Source: a virus
Strand: one strand, 5' to 3'
DNA: 64,000 nt
IMG/VR virus record: IMGVR_UViG_3300010311_000130
Shown here: positions 8,581 to 17,124 of the stretch, one piece after another
Numbering within the stretch: the stretch's first letter is position 1
How the letters are laid out: the number at the start of each line of letters is the position of its first letter
Notes under the pieces: model-generated
Seen by the model: the letters and a program-made list of their open reading frames with translations, nothing else
What the model was told of the DNA's origin: nothing
Databases searched by the model: none
Made by a program: the position numbers and the translations under genes

Positions 8581-8623
8581 CGCCGCCCCTTATTCCGCTC
8601 CCTGACGGTCGCAGAGGGCGGCG
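8581..8623 (-). other. GC-rich hairpin just downstream of the VR (DGR target-recognition element)
   Basis: 8-bp stem CGCCGCCC/GGGCGGCG starting 3 nt after the target stop codon. Confidence 0.7.
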
Positions 8624-8626
8624 TGA

Positions 8627-9850
8627 TTACTGGATGATGCAAGCCGCCGCCGAACCGTAAGTATTGGAAGCATTGTCGTAGAACGGAGCACCAGACGTGA
8701 GCACGATGCGCACATGGCGAGCGAGAGTAGGGTAAGGAGTACGCAGCCACCAGTAATAAGCATTTCCATTATCTTTCCTATACTTAATTCTATCTGCATT
8801 CTGAGCATTTGTATAATAAGCCAATACAGAATCAACATTAGGAGTTGATGATAGATTAATTTCTGTATGTGTTACAAGGAACAGTTTGTCCTTTACTGTA
8901 TAAGCGGTCTGTAATGAAAATGTTGTGCCATCTAATGATGGATATTCAAATAGATTATTTGTAATACTCTTAACAGTAGGAGTTGCAAGAACTGCTTTCA
9001 TATTACTGTTAAGAGTATTTAATCTACCTGCCGTATTTCTATTATCATATGGTCTGTCAAAGATATTAGAAGGTGACCACCAATTATCAGCAGTAGCATC
9101 CGCATTAAGCCACTGTCTAAGTCCTGACTGATAATAGTTGTTAGAACCGTATTTTGCTCTATGAATGTGATTGAGTTTACCATATGTGCTATCAGGGTCA
9201 TTCTGTGCAAGTTTAATAGTACCTAAATCTATACAAGCAGTAGTACCATCCCATTCAGCAATATTTACATCAAATAATGCTGTTGTGGATGTTGAAGAAC
9301 TATACCCCTGTACCTTTGTCGGATTGGCTTTATAAGCCCATGTAAGAGTAAGCTGACCACCAACAGGAACATTAGCTGTTGAAGTAAAGATATATGTCTT
9401 GTTACCACCATAGCTGGAATCGTAGTCAGGAATTGTAAATCTATAAGTACCAGCAGGAATAGCAGTTTCAACATATAACCAAGCTTCTTTAGCATCGAAT
9501 ACTCTCAGATAATTCAGTTTTTCTTCCATTAGCATTACACGGTTAGTATACCCCTGTGTTGCTAAGTCAGAATCAATATATCTGTTATCATTAGGATAAT
9601 CAACTACTATCCAAGCATTTGATGTTTCATCTCCCCAGTTTTCATACAGCTTAGTACCGACAGGGTAAAGAGCAGGGGCATCACCTGAACGTACTAAGTC
9701 TCTGAACTCCTGCCAAGAAGATGCAGGAATCCATTTGCCATTATCACGCTCATATACTGTGTTCTGCTCTACCCATACGCCGTTTTTACACACATAATAC
9801 GGTACATCATGCCACTGATTATCGCTTGTACTGAATCGTTTAAAATTCAT
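8627..9850 (-). CDS. DGR target: tail-associated receptor-binding protein with C-terminal C-type lectin-like (DUF6273-like) domain
   Basis: SGLRQWLN, DKLFLVTHTE and YWWLRTP...VRIV..SG motifs; VR occupies the last ~40 codons; located in the distal tail module. Confidence 0.9.
   Translation of the reverse strand: MNFKRFSTSDNQWHDVPYYVCKNGVWVEQNTVYERDNGKWIPASSWQEFRDLVRSGDAPALYPVGTKLYENWGDETSNAWIVVDYPNDNRYIDSDLATQGYTNRVMLMEEKLNYLRVFDAKEAWLYVETAIPAGTYRFTIPDYDSSYGGNKTYIFTSTANVPVGGQLTLTWAYKANPTKVQGYSSSTSTTALFDVNIAEWDGTTACIDLGTIKLAQNDPDSTYGKLNHIHRAKYGSNNYYQSGLRQWLNADATADNWWSPSNIFDRPYDNRNTAGRLNTLNSNMKAVLATPTVKSITNNLFEYPSLDGTTFSLQTAYTVKDKLFLVTHTEINLSSTPNVDSVLAYYTNAQNADRIKYRKDNGNAYYWWLRTPYPTLARHVRIVLTSGAPFYDNASNTYGSAAACIIQ
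8644..8750 (-). repeat. DGR variable repeat (VR), 107 nt
   Basis: 19 mismatches to TR: 17 at TR adenines, 2 T-to-C; ends in GC-rich GGTTCGGCGGCGG. Confidence 0.96.
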
Positions 9851-9858
9851 GTTTTATC

Positions 9859-10413
9859 TCACCACCCAACTCCGACACTTCCGTCAGGAATATTGCCTGT
9901 AGGTGCTGTAGATGATATGTAAAGTCTTACGCCGTTCTTCATCTCAATGTAATTGTTTGCTGTGTGATCTATGCCAGCAATAACGTCTGTGATTTCACTC
10001 ACATCACCAAACTCAATCCACCTTGCGCCTGTATACAAAAATTCCTTGTTGCCACAAATAACAGCATCATTAGGCTGTACCGTGTAAGACTGTCCATCAA
10101 TCACAATTGGATTAGTTGTTGCACCGTCCGTCAAAGCGGTAGTTGTTTCACCTACGAGAATAATACCACCTTCGGGCTTAACTTTATGCCAAGTAGTAGC
10201 GTCAACATCATACATATATGTGTCGCCCGTGTCAATTTCCGTAAAGATAGAGCCGTTAGGTATGCCCATTCTGCCAACTTCTCTGCCGTCGCTACCATAC
10301 TCTATATAAGTCACAGTAGGTTTTGTATCGGTAGAAAGTCCGTCAATACTCAGCACATTGACATTATATTTTTCACCACCAGACAATGCACCATATTTGA
10401 TAAGTGTTACCAT
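9859..10413 (-). CDS. Small distal-tail/fibre-associated protein
   Basis: N-terminal GLSTDTKPT..NGS.F.E.DT module; C-terminal YISSTAPTG...GSVGVGW fibre-type ending. Confidence 0.7.
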   Translation of the reverse strand: MVTLIKYGALSGGEKYNVNVLSIDGLSTDTKPTVTYIEYGSDGREVGRMGIPNGSIFTEIDTGDTYMYDVDATTWHKVKPEGGIILVGETTTALTDGATTNPIVIDGQSYTVQPNDAVICGNKEFLYTGARWIEFGDVSEITDVIAGIDHTANNYIEMKNGVRLYISSTAPTGNIPDGSVGVGW

Positions 10414-10417
10414 TCAA

Positions 10418-10612
10418 TCACCTCTCTATCCATTGCTGATTTTCAGCGTCGTAAGAATATTTTTTGTCCGTGTCCATTTCTATAAACTCAGAACCGTTGG
10501 CTATATTTATACCCTCATATACGCCCGTAGGCTTGGTGTCAGTGCTGAGTCCGCAAAATGTGCAAAAAGTCACATTGTATTTTGCGCCGTATTTTCGTAA
10601 AGTCTCAGCCAT
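10418..10612 (-). CDS. 64-aa distal-tail protein, paralogue of the N-terminus of the next gene
   Basis: Start at ATG 10612 behind AAGGAGG; GLSTDTKPT...NGSEFIEMDT..Y.YD motif. Confidence 0.7.
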   Translation of the reverse strand: MAETLRKYGAKYNVTFCTFCGLSTDTKPTGVYEGINIANGSEFIEMDTDKKYSYDAENQQWIER

Positions 10613-10691
10613 ATTAGCCTCCTTTCTTATATTAAGAACAAGGAGAGACACTAATGCCATATCTCTCCTTGTAATAGATATTTATCTGCAA

Positions 10692-13600
10692 TTATTCAGA
10701 AACATACCCTCTAAAATATTCTCCGATTCTGCCACTATAATACTGTCCCAAAGTTTTATAGAAATCATTTGTCGGATGTAATGTATCAATGAAGATGCTT
10801 CCGTTAGCTGTGTTCTGACGGTTTACAATACTACCCTTTGAATTATCGATGCAAGGTATACCATAATACTCAGCAACCTGAACTTCAGCAGCACATATCT
10901 CTTCCAAAGTTATACCTTGAGTATTTGGTGTATTATAACGATAATTGCCCTGATTCGTCTTAGCACCATCAATCGCATTTAGATTTTTAGCATTAATTGG
11001 CGTTATAATTATCAAACATATTGACGGATTATCTGATAATATTTTCTCTACACAATGCTTCATCGCACCAATTATAGTTGTGGTTCCTGTATCAGACAGC
11101 GTACCCATTGGTATATTACCATACCAGTCGTTCGTACCAAATGCAAGAGTAGCAAGATTATAACCTGAGCAGTCGGTACTATCAACAATTGTAACGGCTG
11201 TTGTTGTACCACTTGGATGAACCCATCCACTTCCGGTTCTTGCTCCATATGTAACATCAAGTCCTAAGCTTCTACCAACTACACTTGGATATGGGTCTGT
11301 TGCTCTTCCACTTCCAGTTCCATCGCCGCTAAGATGTCCCCATGTTATCGAGTCACCAAATGCAATATATTTGTTTCTTGTTAAAGCTGTTTCAAGTGAT
11401 ATTGGAACTTTAATAGATGGTGTATATGTATAATAAGTAAGTCCAGCATCAGTCAAATCAGCATTGACAGGAGTATTCTTGTAATAATACACAAGACGGA
11501 AGTAAGGATGCGAAATAATTAAATCACGATTATCTGCTGCTTGTTGTGACACAAAATTTTTGTTTTCATCATAATAATAAATTGTAAGAGCAGGTATTTC
11601 TGATGCATTTACAACTGCCGGAGGAACTGTAAAATGTATTGCTTTACCTAAAGCTGGAGTTTTTAAGTAACCTACGGTCTTAGCAAATTTATAATTAATT
11701 GTAGGGTTATCCTCACCAGTTGTCATATTTATAAGGCCAGATTTCCATACAATATCATTAAAAGTAAATAAGCCATCCTCAAAAAGACATTTTACAAGTC
11801 TTTCCTGCTCCCAATTCTTAATTTCTGATTTATAAGTAAGTACAGTGGTTTGAGCATCTTCTATTTCTACAAAGGTAGGTGTCTGAAAATAATAATATAC
11901 TAAACGATAATATGGATAAATAATTTGAATACGTTCATGCTCTACAGCCTCTGCTTTGACAAATGTTTTATCATCATCATAATAGTATATAGTCAATTTT
12001 GCAGTTTGAGTAGTATTTTTTACTACCGAATAATCAATTTCGACATATTCAGCATCTTTAGCAGAATAATATCCGATAGTTCTTGCGTACTTTTTATCTC
12101 TATTGGAGCGATCTACGCCAGTAGACATATCTATCAAGCCGTGCTCCCAAGCAAAACTATCTTTCTTGATGCCTGTATCGAATATGGTATTACTGTCTCG
12201 TTCTGCTTGATTTAAAGATAAATCAACATTATTATCCTCAGTAATTATCGTAGTTTCCGCCAGCTTAATTTCAATATTAACCGCTGCTCCTGAATAATAA
12301 CATACTAAACGCATATATCTTCCGTCGGCTTTAAATGTGGCATTTTTAATCGCCATTGCCGAAATGAAGTCGTGATCGTCATTATAGAAGTATGCAGTTA
12401 TTTCCACATCTTGTGAAGGAGGGTAACAATTATATATCTTTCCATCTTGCAAAGGTATATATTCTCTTGTTCTCGCAAAGTTAAGATTAGTAGCCCCATC
12501 CCTTCCCGTGGTTGTATCAATTGAACCATGAGTCCACGTACCACAGTCTAATGCGTTCTGCCCTTTTTGTAAATAACAAGTAGCGGAATGTAGAAAATCA
12601 TAATCGCTTTCCAACCTCTCACTTAAAGATGAAAGGACAGTTCCTTTAATATTTGCTCTTGATTGTAAGACTTCCTCGCTTGAAACCTTCATATCTGGCG
12701 AACAAGTATAATAGGTAAGCTCGGCATCTGTTAAATCAACATCAACAGGAGTGTTTTTATAATAATACACAAGTCTAAAATAAGGAGCATCCACTACAAG
12801 TTTTCTATTATCGGCACCCTTAGTGTCAATATAATTCTTGTTTTCATCGTAGCGATAGATTGAAAGAGCGGGAGTTTGAGTCGTGTTTACAACAGGGGCA
12901 GGAACGGTGAAATATGCACCATCTGCAATCGTAGGCGTTTTTAAATACCCAATAGTTCTTGCGTATCTTAATTGAACAGTTGTAGTATCTTGTCCAGATG
13001 TTGCATTGATTGAACCGTGTTCCCATATGATATCATCAAATTTGTATTCGCCAGAATCGAATAAGAAATTCACAAGATCTTCGCAATTTGTATCTTTTAT
13101 ATTCGACTTATATACTATTTCTGTATTTTTGGCATCTTCGATATTAACATCAGATGAAGTGCCTTGATAATAATACACCAGTCGATAAAAAGGATAAACA
13201 ATTTGCATTCTGCTATGCTCAACCGCAGATGCCTTTACGAAATTCTTATTGTCATCATAATAGTAAATAGTAAGTTTGGCAACTTGCAACGGAGTGTTAT
13301 GTGCCGAATAATCAAACTCTACATATTCAGCATCGATAGCAGAGTAAAAGCCTATGGTTCGAGCATATACACGGCTTTTGCTTGCGTTATCAGCGCCCGT
13401 TGTCATATTGATTAAACCATGCTCCCACTTAAACTGATCTCGACATAATCCAGTATTAAATACAGTATCGATGGTGTTTTTAAACTCTTTGTTTTTCTTG
13501 TTTTGAGTATTAGCTACAACCACCCTTATCATTCTTGCATCTCTAATGTCTAAGTTAACAGGTGTGTTCTTATAATAGCAAACAAATCGAGCATACTTTC

Positions 13601-14180
13601 CATCAGCTTTAAACGTAGCACCTGTTACAGAAGTGGTTGATATATAATTGTAAGATGCGTCATAGAAATATGCGCTAATTTCAATCGTATTAGGAACACC
13701 ATATTTTACATATGGATAACACCTATAAACCGTATCAGTGTCTAATTCCAAATATTCTGTCGTCCTTGCGAATTTAGGATTAACAGTTGATGCAGCTTCG
13801 CCTGTTGTACCATCTATACTGCCAAGCGTCCATCCTACTAATTGTATCGGTATCTCTCCGTAAGAGATATGTTCATTATCAATAGTTATTAAAGTGTTTG
13901 CTACATCAAGTCGTTCTTTGAGCGTGTCGTGGTTATCTCCATTATTGTCCACTCTTGCTTGGACAACCTCATATGATACATCGCCACTCTCCGATGCCTC
14001 TGCCACTATATTATTAATTTGCTCTTGAAGATTCTGTGTTTCTGTTGCATATTCAGAATGATCGACTTTTCTTGACACTTTTGAATTAAGATCAATTACA
14101 TCAACCTCGGCTTTGTTTGCCCTTTTGAGTGCAGCATCTACGGCTTGTGCCGTTGGGAACTCTCTACTTAATCTTCCCAT
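10692..14180 (-). CDS. Large tail protein with six internal repeats and C-terminal SGNH/GDSL hydrolase
   Basis: SGNH blocks FGDSIT, GTND and DTLHP; six W.HG.I...TG.D...ART.GY repeats; EVVQARVD...LKERLD N-terminal motif. Confidence 0.85.
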   Translation of the reverse strand: MGRLSREFPTAQAVDAALKRANKAEVDVIDLNSKVSRKVDHSEYATETQNLQEQINNIVAEASESGDVSYEVVQARVDNNGDNHDTLKERLDVANTLITIDNEHISYGEIPIQLVGWTLGSIDGTTGEAASTVNPKFARTTEYLELDTDTVYRCYPYVKYGVPNTIEISAYFYDASYNYISTTSVTGATFKADGKYARFVCYYKNTPVNLDIRDARMIRVVVANTQNKKNKEFKNTIDTVFNTGLCRDQFKWEHGLINMTTGADNASKSRVYARTIGFYSAIDAEYVEFDYSAHNTPLQVAKLTIYYYDDNKNFVKASAVEHSRMQIVYPFYRLVYYYQGTSSDVNIEDAKNTEIVYKSNIKDTNCEDLVNFLFDSGEYKFDDIIWEHGSINATSGQDTTTVQLRYARTIGYLKTPTIADGAYFTVPAPVVNTTQTPALSIYRYDENKNYIDTKGADNRKLVVDAPYFRLVYYYKNTPVDVDLTDAELTYYTCSPDMKVSSEEVLQSRANIKGTVLSSLSERLESDYDFLHSATCYLQKGQNALDCGTWTHGSIDTTTGRDGATNLNFARTREYIPLQDGKIYNCYPPSQDVEITAYFYNDDHDFISAMAIKNATFKADGRYMRLVCYYSGAAVNIEIKLAETTIITEDNNVDLSLNQAERDSNTIFDTGIKKDSFAWEHGLIDMSTGVDRSNRDKKYARTIGYYSAKDAEYVEIDYSVVKNTTQTAKLTIYYYDDDKTFVKAEAVEHERIQIIYPYYRLVYYYFQTPTFVEIEDAQTTVLTYKSEIKNWEQERLVKCLFEDGLFTFNDIVWKSGLINMTTGEDNPTINYKFAKTVGYLKTPALGKAIHFTVPPAVVNASEIPALTIYYYDENKNFVSQQAADNRDLIISHPYFRLVYYYKNTPVNADLTDAGLTYYTYTPSIKVPISLETALTRNKYIAFGDSITWGHLSGDGTGSGRATDPYPSVVGRSLGLDVTYGARTGSGWVHPSGTTTAVTIVDSTDCSGYNLATLAFGTNDWYGNIPMGTLSDTGTTTIIGAMKHCVEKILSDNPSICLIIITPINAKNLNAIDGAKTNQGNYRYNTPNTQGITLEEICAAEVQVAEYYGIPCIDNSKGSIVNRQNTANGSIFIDTLHPTNDFYKTLGQYYSGRIGEYFRGYVSE

Positions 14181-14196
14181 ACTCGACCTCCTTTCT

Positions 14197-15084
14197 TTAT
14201 TCCAAGGTTGTTATTACTTGTGTGTCGTAAGACTGCAAAACTTCGCCGTTGTGAGTATAAAGTGGTTCATCACCATCAACGCCAGCAGTCACGATCTCGT
14301 ATAATTTATCGTCGCTGCAATAACTGCGACCCAATTCCAAAGTAATAGGAATATTATCTTCTACATTAAAATCCAGTGTGGTGTTTATGTCTGGCGTAGC
14401 GTTTCGTGCCGTGAGCCAGATGGACGAAATCTTGTCGATATTGCAAACGGGAGAAGCAAGCATCAGTATGCGCACCTTCCATGTTTCAGGAATAGTATGA
14501 CTGCTATTAACAATCTCCACGCCTCTGTATGAATCGTACTCGTAAACAATCTCAATCATATCGCCAGTCCCCAAGTTTGTGGGCAACATAAGTTTGTCTC
14601 CATCAACTCGGAATACAGTTTCGTCTACCGCCAGACCTTGATGGAAGATAACAAGTATCGCGTCTGCACCATCTATCTGATGCACCGCAATCTCGCAGAA
14701 GCCATATTGATTTTTGCGAGGCTCGTTTTCAAGCACAATATAGCCATTTTCAATGTCGGCATCAGACAAAGTGTGAATCTCGGCGTGAGGAACATGGATA
14801 GGCTCAATCAGATATGGGTTATCACTTCCGTCAAGCTTGCGTTCTTCTGCGCCCATAACTCCTGTAAGAACATTGAAGTCCCACTCGGCAACTTCAAAAG
14901 ATATTCTTGCGCTTTTATCAGTCATGATCTGAAATATCGTTGCCCCAAGCGCATCTTTTTTGCGGACAGTAGTTCCATCTTGTGTGATTTTAAGCTTGCT
15001 GACATTGCGACACTTCCAGACCGCCTCATTGCTACTGTCAAAAGCCCAAACCGCCACGATTTGCCTTAGAAAAAATTTATCCAT
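14197..15084 (-). CDS. Tail-tube-like protein (paralogue of the major tail protein)
   Basis: Start ATG 15084 overlaps the upstream TAA; collinear similarity to 29499-30332 (ITQDG..K.DA.G..IF; WLT...A.P; EDNI.ITL.L..SYC..DK.YEI). Confidence 0.75.
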   Translation of the reverse strand: MDKFFLRQIVAVWAFDSSNEAVWKCRNVSKLKITQDGTTVRKKDALGATIFQIMTDKSARISFEVAEWDFNVLTGVMGAEERKLDGSDNPYLIEPIHVPHAEIHTLSDADIENGYIVLENEPRKNQYGFCEIAVHQIDGADAILVIFHQGLAVDETVFRVDGDKLMLPTNLGTGDMIEIVYEYDSYRGVEIVNSSHTIPETWKVRILMLASPVCNIDKISSIWLTARNATPDINTTLDFNVEDNIPITLELGRSYCSDDKLYEIVTAGVDGDEPLYTHNGEVLQSYDTQVITTLE

Positions 15085-15776
15085 TAGTTCACCTCCACCG
15101 CTGTCAAGCCCTGACCTGTAACATATGAACAAGCATCTGTGTACCAACCCGCACTTACATGTTGCCCTGACTGTATTGCAAGCCCTGATATTTTAACCTC
15201 CACCAGATGATCCCCCAATTCGATATCAAACGGAAGTGATATTACAGGGCAATAAAGCATACCTGCACGTACACTTATACTGTAATTAAAATCATACACA
15301 TTATTGTCTATGTAAATCTTAATATAAGCAACGCCATTATCTATACCAGTTCTTCCCACTAACATTCCGTTAAAGGTTACTAATACTGTTTGAGGATGTG
15401 TTGATCGAAAACCATATCTTGATATATTTATTTCATCGCTTTGAGGTATCTCTCTTGTATTATATCCATCATCTTTTATAAAATTGCCTTTAACACAACT
15501 CCATAGTCTATTTGTCATGTAAGCTGCTGCTCCAATGTATGCCGTTCTTTCAGATACTATTGAACCCGTATAAAATAAACGCACCTCATCGCCAGATTGC
15601 ACATCACAACCAGACCAATTGGGCACAACAAACTGAGTTCCATTAGCGATAAGATTAACCAGACACATATTGTTGGTCATAACCTTTTCAACTCTCGCAG
15701 GAACAGCCATAATACATTGACTTTCTTCTATTTTCTTTTCTGCAATTTGACCAACATATTCACTAATAGCATCCAA
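15084..15776 (-). CDS. Baseplate/tail-tip protein (function uncertain)
   Basis: Position after the hub-like gene; beta-rich sequence. Confidence 0.6.
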   Translation of the reverse strand: MDAISEYVGQIAEKKIEESQCIMAVPARVEKVMTNNMCLVNLIANGTQFVVPNWSGCDVQSGDEVRLFYTGSIVSERTAYIGAAAYMTNRLWSCVKGNFIKDDGYNTREIPQSDEINISRYGFRSTHPQTVLVTFNGMLVGRTGIDNGVAYIKIYIDNNVYDFNYSISVRAGMLYCPVISLPFDIELGDHLVEVKISGLAIQSGQHVSAGWYTDACSYVTGQGLTAVEVN

Positions 15777-17108
15777 TTAACCCACCCCACTTTCTTCAAT
15801 ATCTAAATCTACAGGCAACCAATTGACATTTGTCGCAGATATTTTCATCGCATTCGCACCCAATGGTATTGTGATACTTTGAACAACAAAAGTTCCGTTA
15901 TCAATATTTTGATATTCGTCCGACAAGCCAATAGTTTTATTCACATCTAAATGCGGGATAATAGGGCAACTAAACGACACGTTCATACCTTTTAAACTCT
16001 CTTTTTGCAATAACATAACCGCATATTGTTGACAACGTATCTCCATGTCGCTTTGGTCAGTATCTATATAATCAATCTCTTGATTTGGCATACGTCTTAT
16101 GCCGATAGCTCCAATTTGGAGAGGAGACTGCGGATTTGTATTATAGGCTGTATATGATATATTTTGAACCCTTTCGGGAATCTCAGTGTCTGGAATACCC
16201 GTTTTGTTTTCTTCCTGTGCATTGGCAAGAGCAATAATATCCGTAGTCAGATTTGTATAAACTGTTACTGCGTTAATGCCATCAAATGCATATTCATAAT
16301 TAACTTCCGAAAAGTCAGCCGATAAGTCGATAAAGTCCCACTGATGCCCCATGCGCCTGTAACCATCAACGTAGAATACGTCTGCCAAAGCCTCTAATCT
16401 CAGATGCCCCTGAGTGTCGTAATAAATATCTGCACCGTAACCATCTGCCATAGATACAAGCAGATCACCTAAGTAGTTATTGGAGTCAAGCGATATATCC
16501 GCTTTTGTTTTCTTCTCATTGTATTGAGGGTCAATCAGAGGCGGTATCGGGTCAACAGACAAGTTTACCGCACCATAAGCAACAGAGTTCATAATTTCCT
16601 CATTGTTGCCTATATTGAGCATGAGAGCATCTTTTACAATGTCCGAAATATTGTTACCAGCTTCGATAACGTATTGTACCTCTGCCATATTTATTTTCAA
16701 AGTACCGTCAAGCGCACCACCCTTGTCAACTCCCTCAATTGAGATTGTATGGGCATTACCAGTTGCAGAACTGACATAATACACGCCCTGCGACCACCAA
16801 TAAATGTCTTTGTTGCTATCTTCTATGCCAATCCACAGCTTAAACTTGCGCTGATACCAAATGGGATTGTTAGGGCTTGGAACATATTTCTTATCCACGT
16901 TTGCAACCGTTAGACTACAAGATCGCCTTGTCATCTGTTTGTAGTTGATGTTTATTTGACCTTGCACATCTATGAGCAAGTCTTTCGTGATATCTCCGAT
17001 TACAGTCTCGTGATAGGTCAGCAACTCAATCTTGATGAGATATCTTATTATCGAGTTATTCTTCAATGCTGTGCGGTAAGCCTTCGTGTTTAAATCGAAA
17101 TATTCCAT
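15777..17108 (-). CDS. Baseplate hub / Tal-like tail protein
   Basis: Second gene after the tape measure; G.ININY...RRSCSL, WSQGVY, YYDTQGHL segments typical of siphophage hub proteins. Confidence 0.65.
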   Translation of the reverse strand: MEYFDLNTKAYRTALKNNSIIRYLIKIELLTYHETVIGDITKDLLIDVQGQININYKQMTRRSCSLTVANVDKKYVPSPNNPIWYQRKFKLWIGIEDSNKDIYWWSQGVYYVSSATGNAHTISIEGVDKGGALDGTLKINMAEVQYVIEAGNNISDIVKDALMLNIGNNEEIMNSVAYGAVNLSVDPIPPLIDPQYNEKKTKADISLDSNNYLGDLLVSMADGYGADIYYDTQGHLRLEALADVFYVDGYRRMGHQWDFIDLSADFSEVNYEYAFDGINAVTVYTNLTTDIIALANAQEENKTGIPDTEIPERVQNISYTAYNTNPQSPLQIGAIGIRRMPNQEIDYIDTDQSDMEIRCQQYAVMLLQKESLKGMNVSFSCPIIPHLDVNKTIGLSDEYQNIDNGTFVVQSITIPLGANAMKISATNVNWLPVDLDIEESGVG

Positions 17109-17124
17109 TTATTCACCCCTTTTC

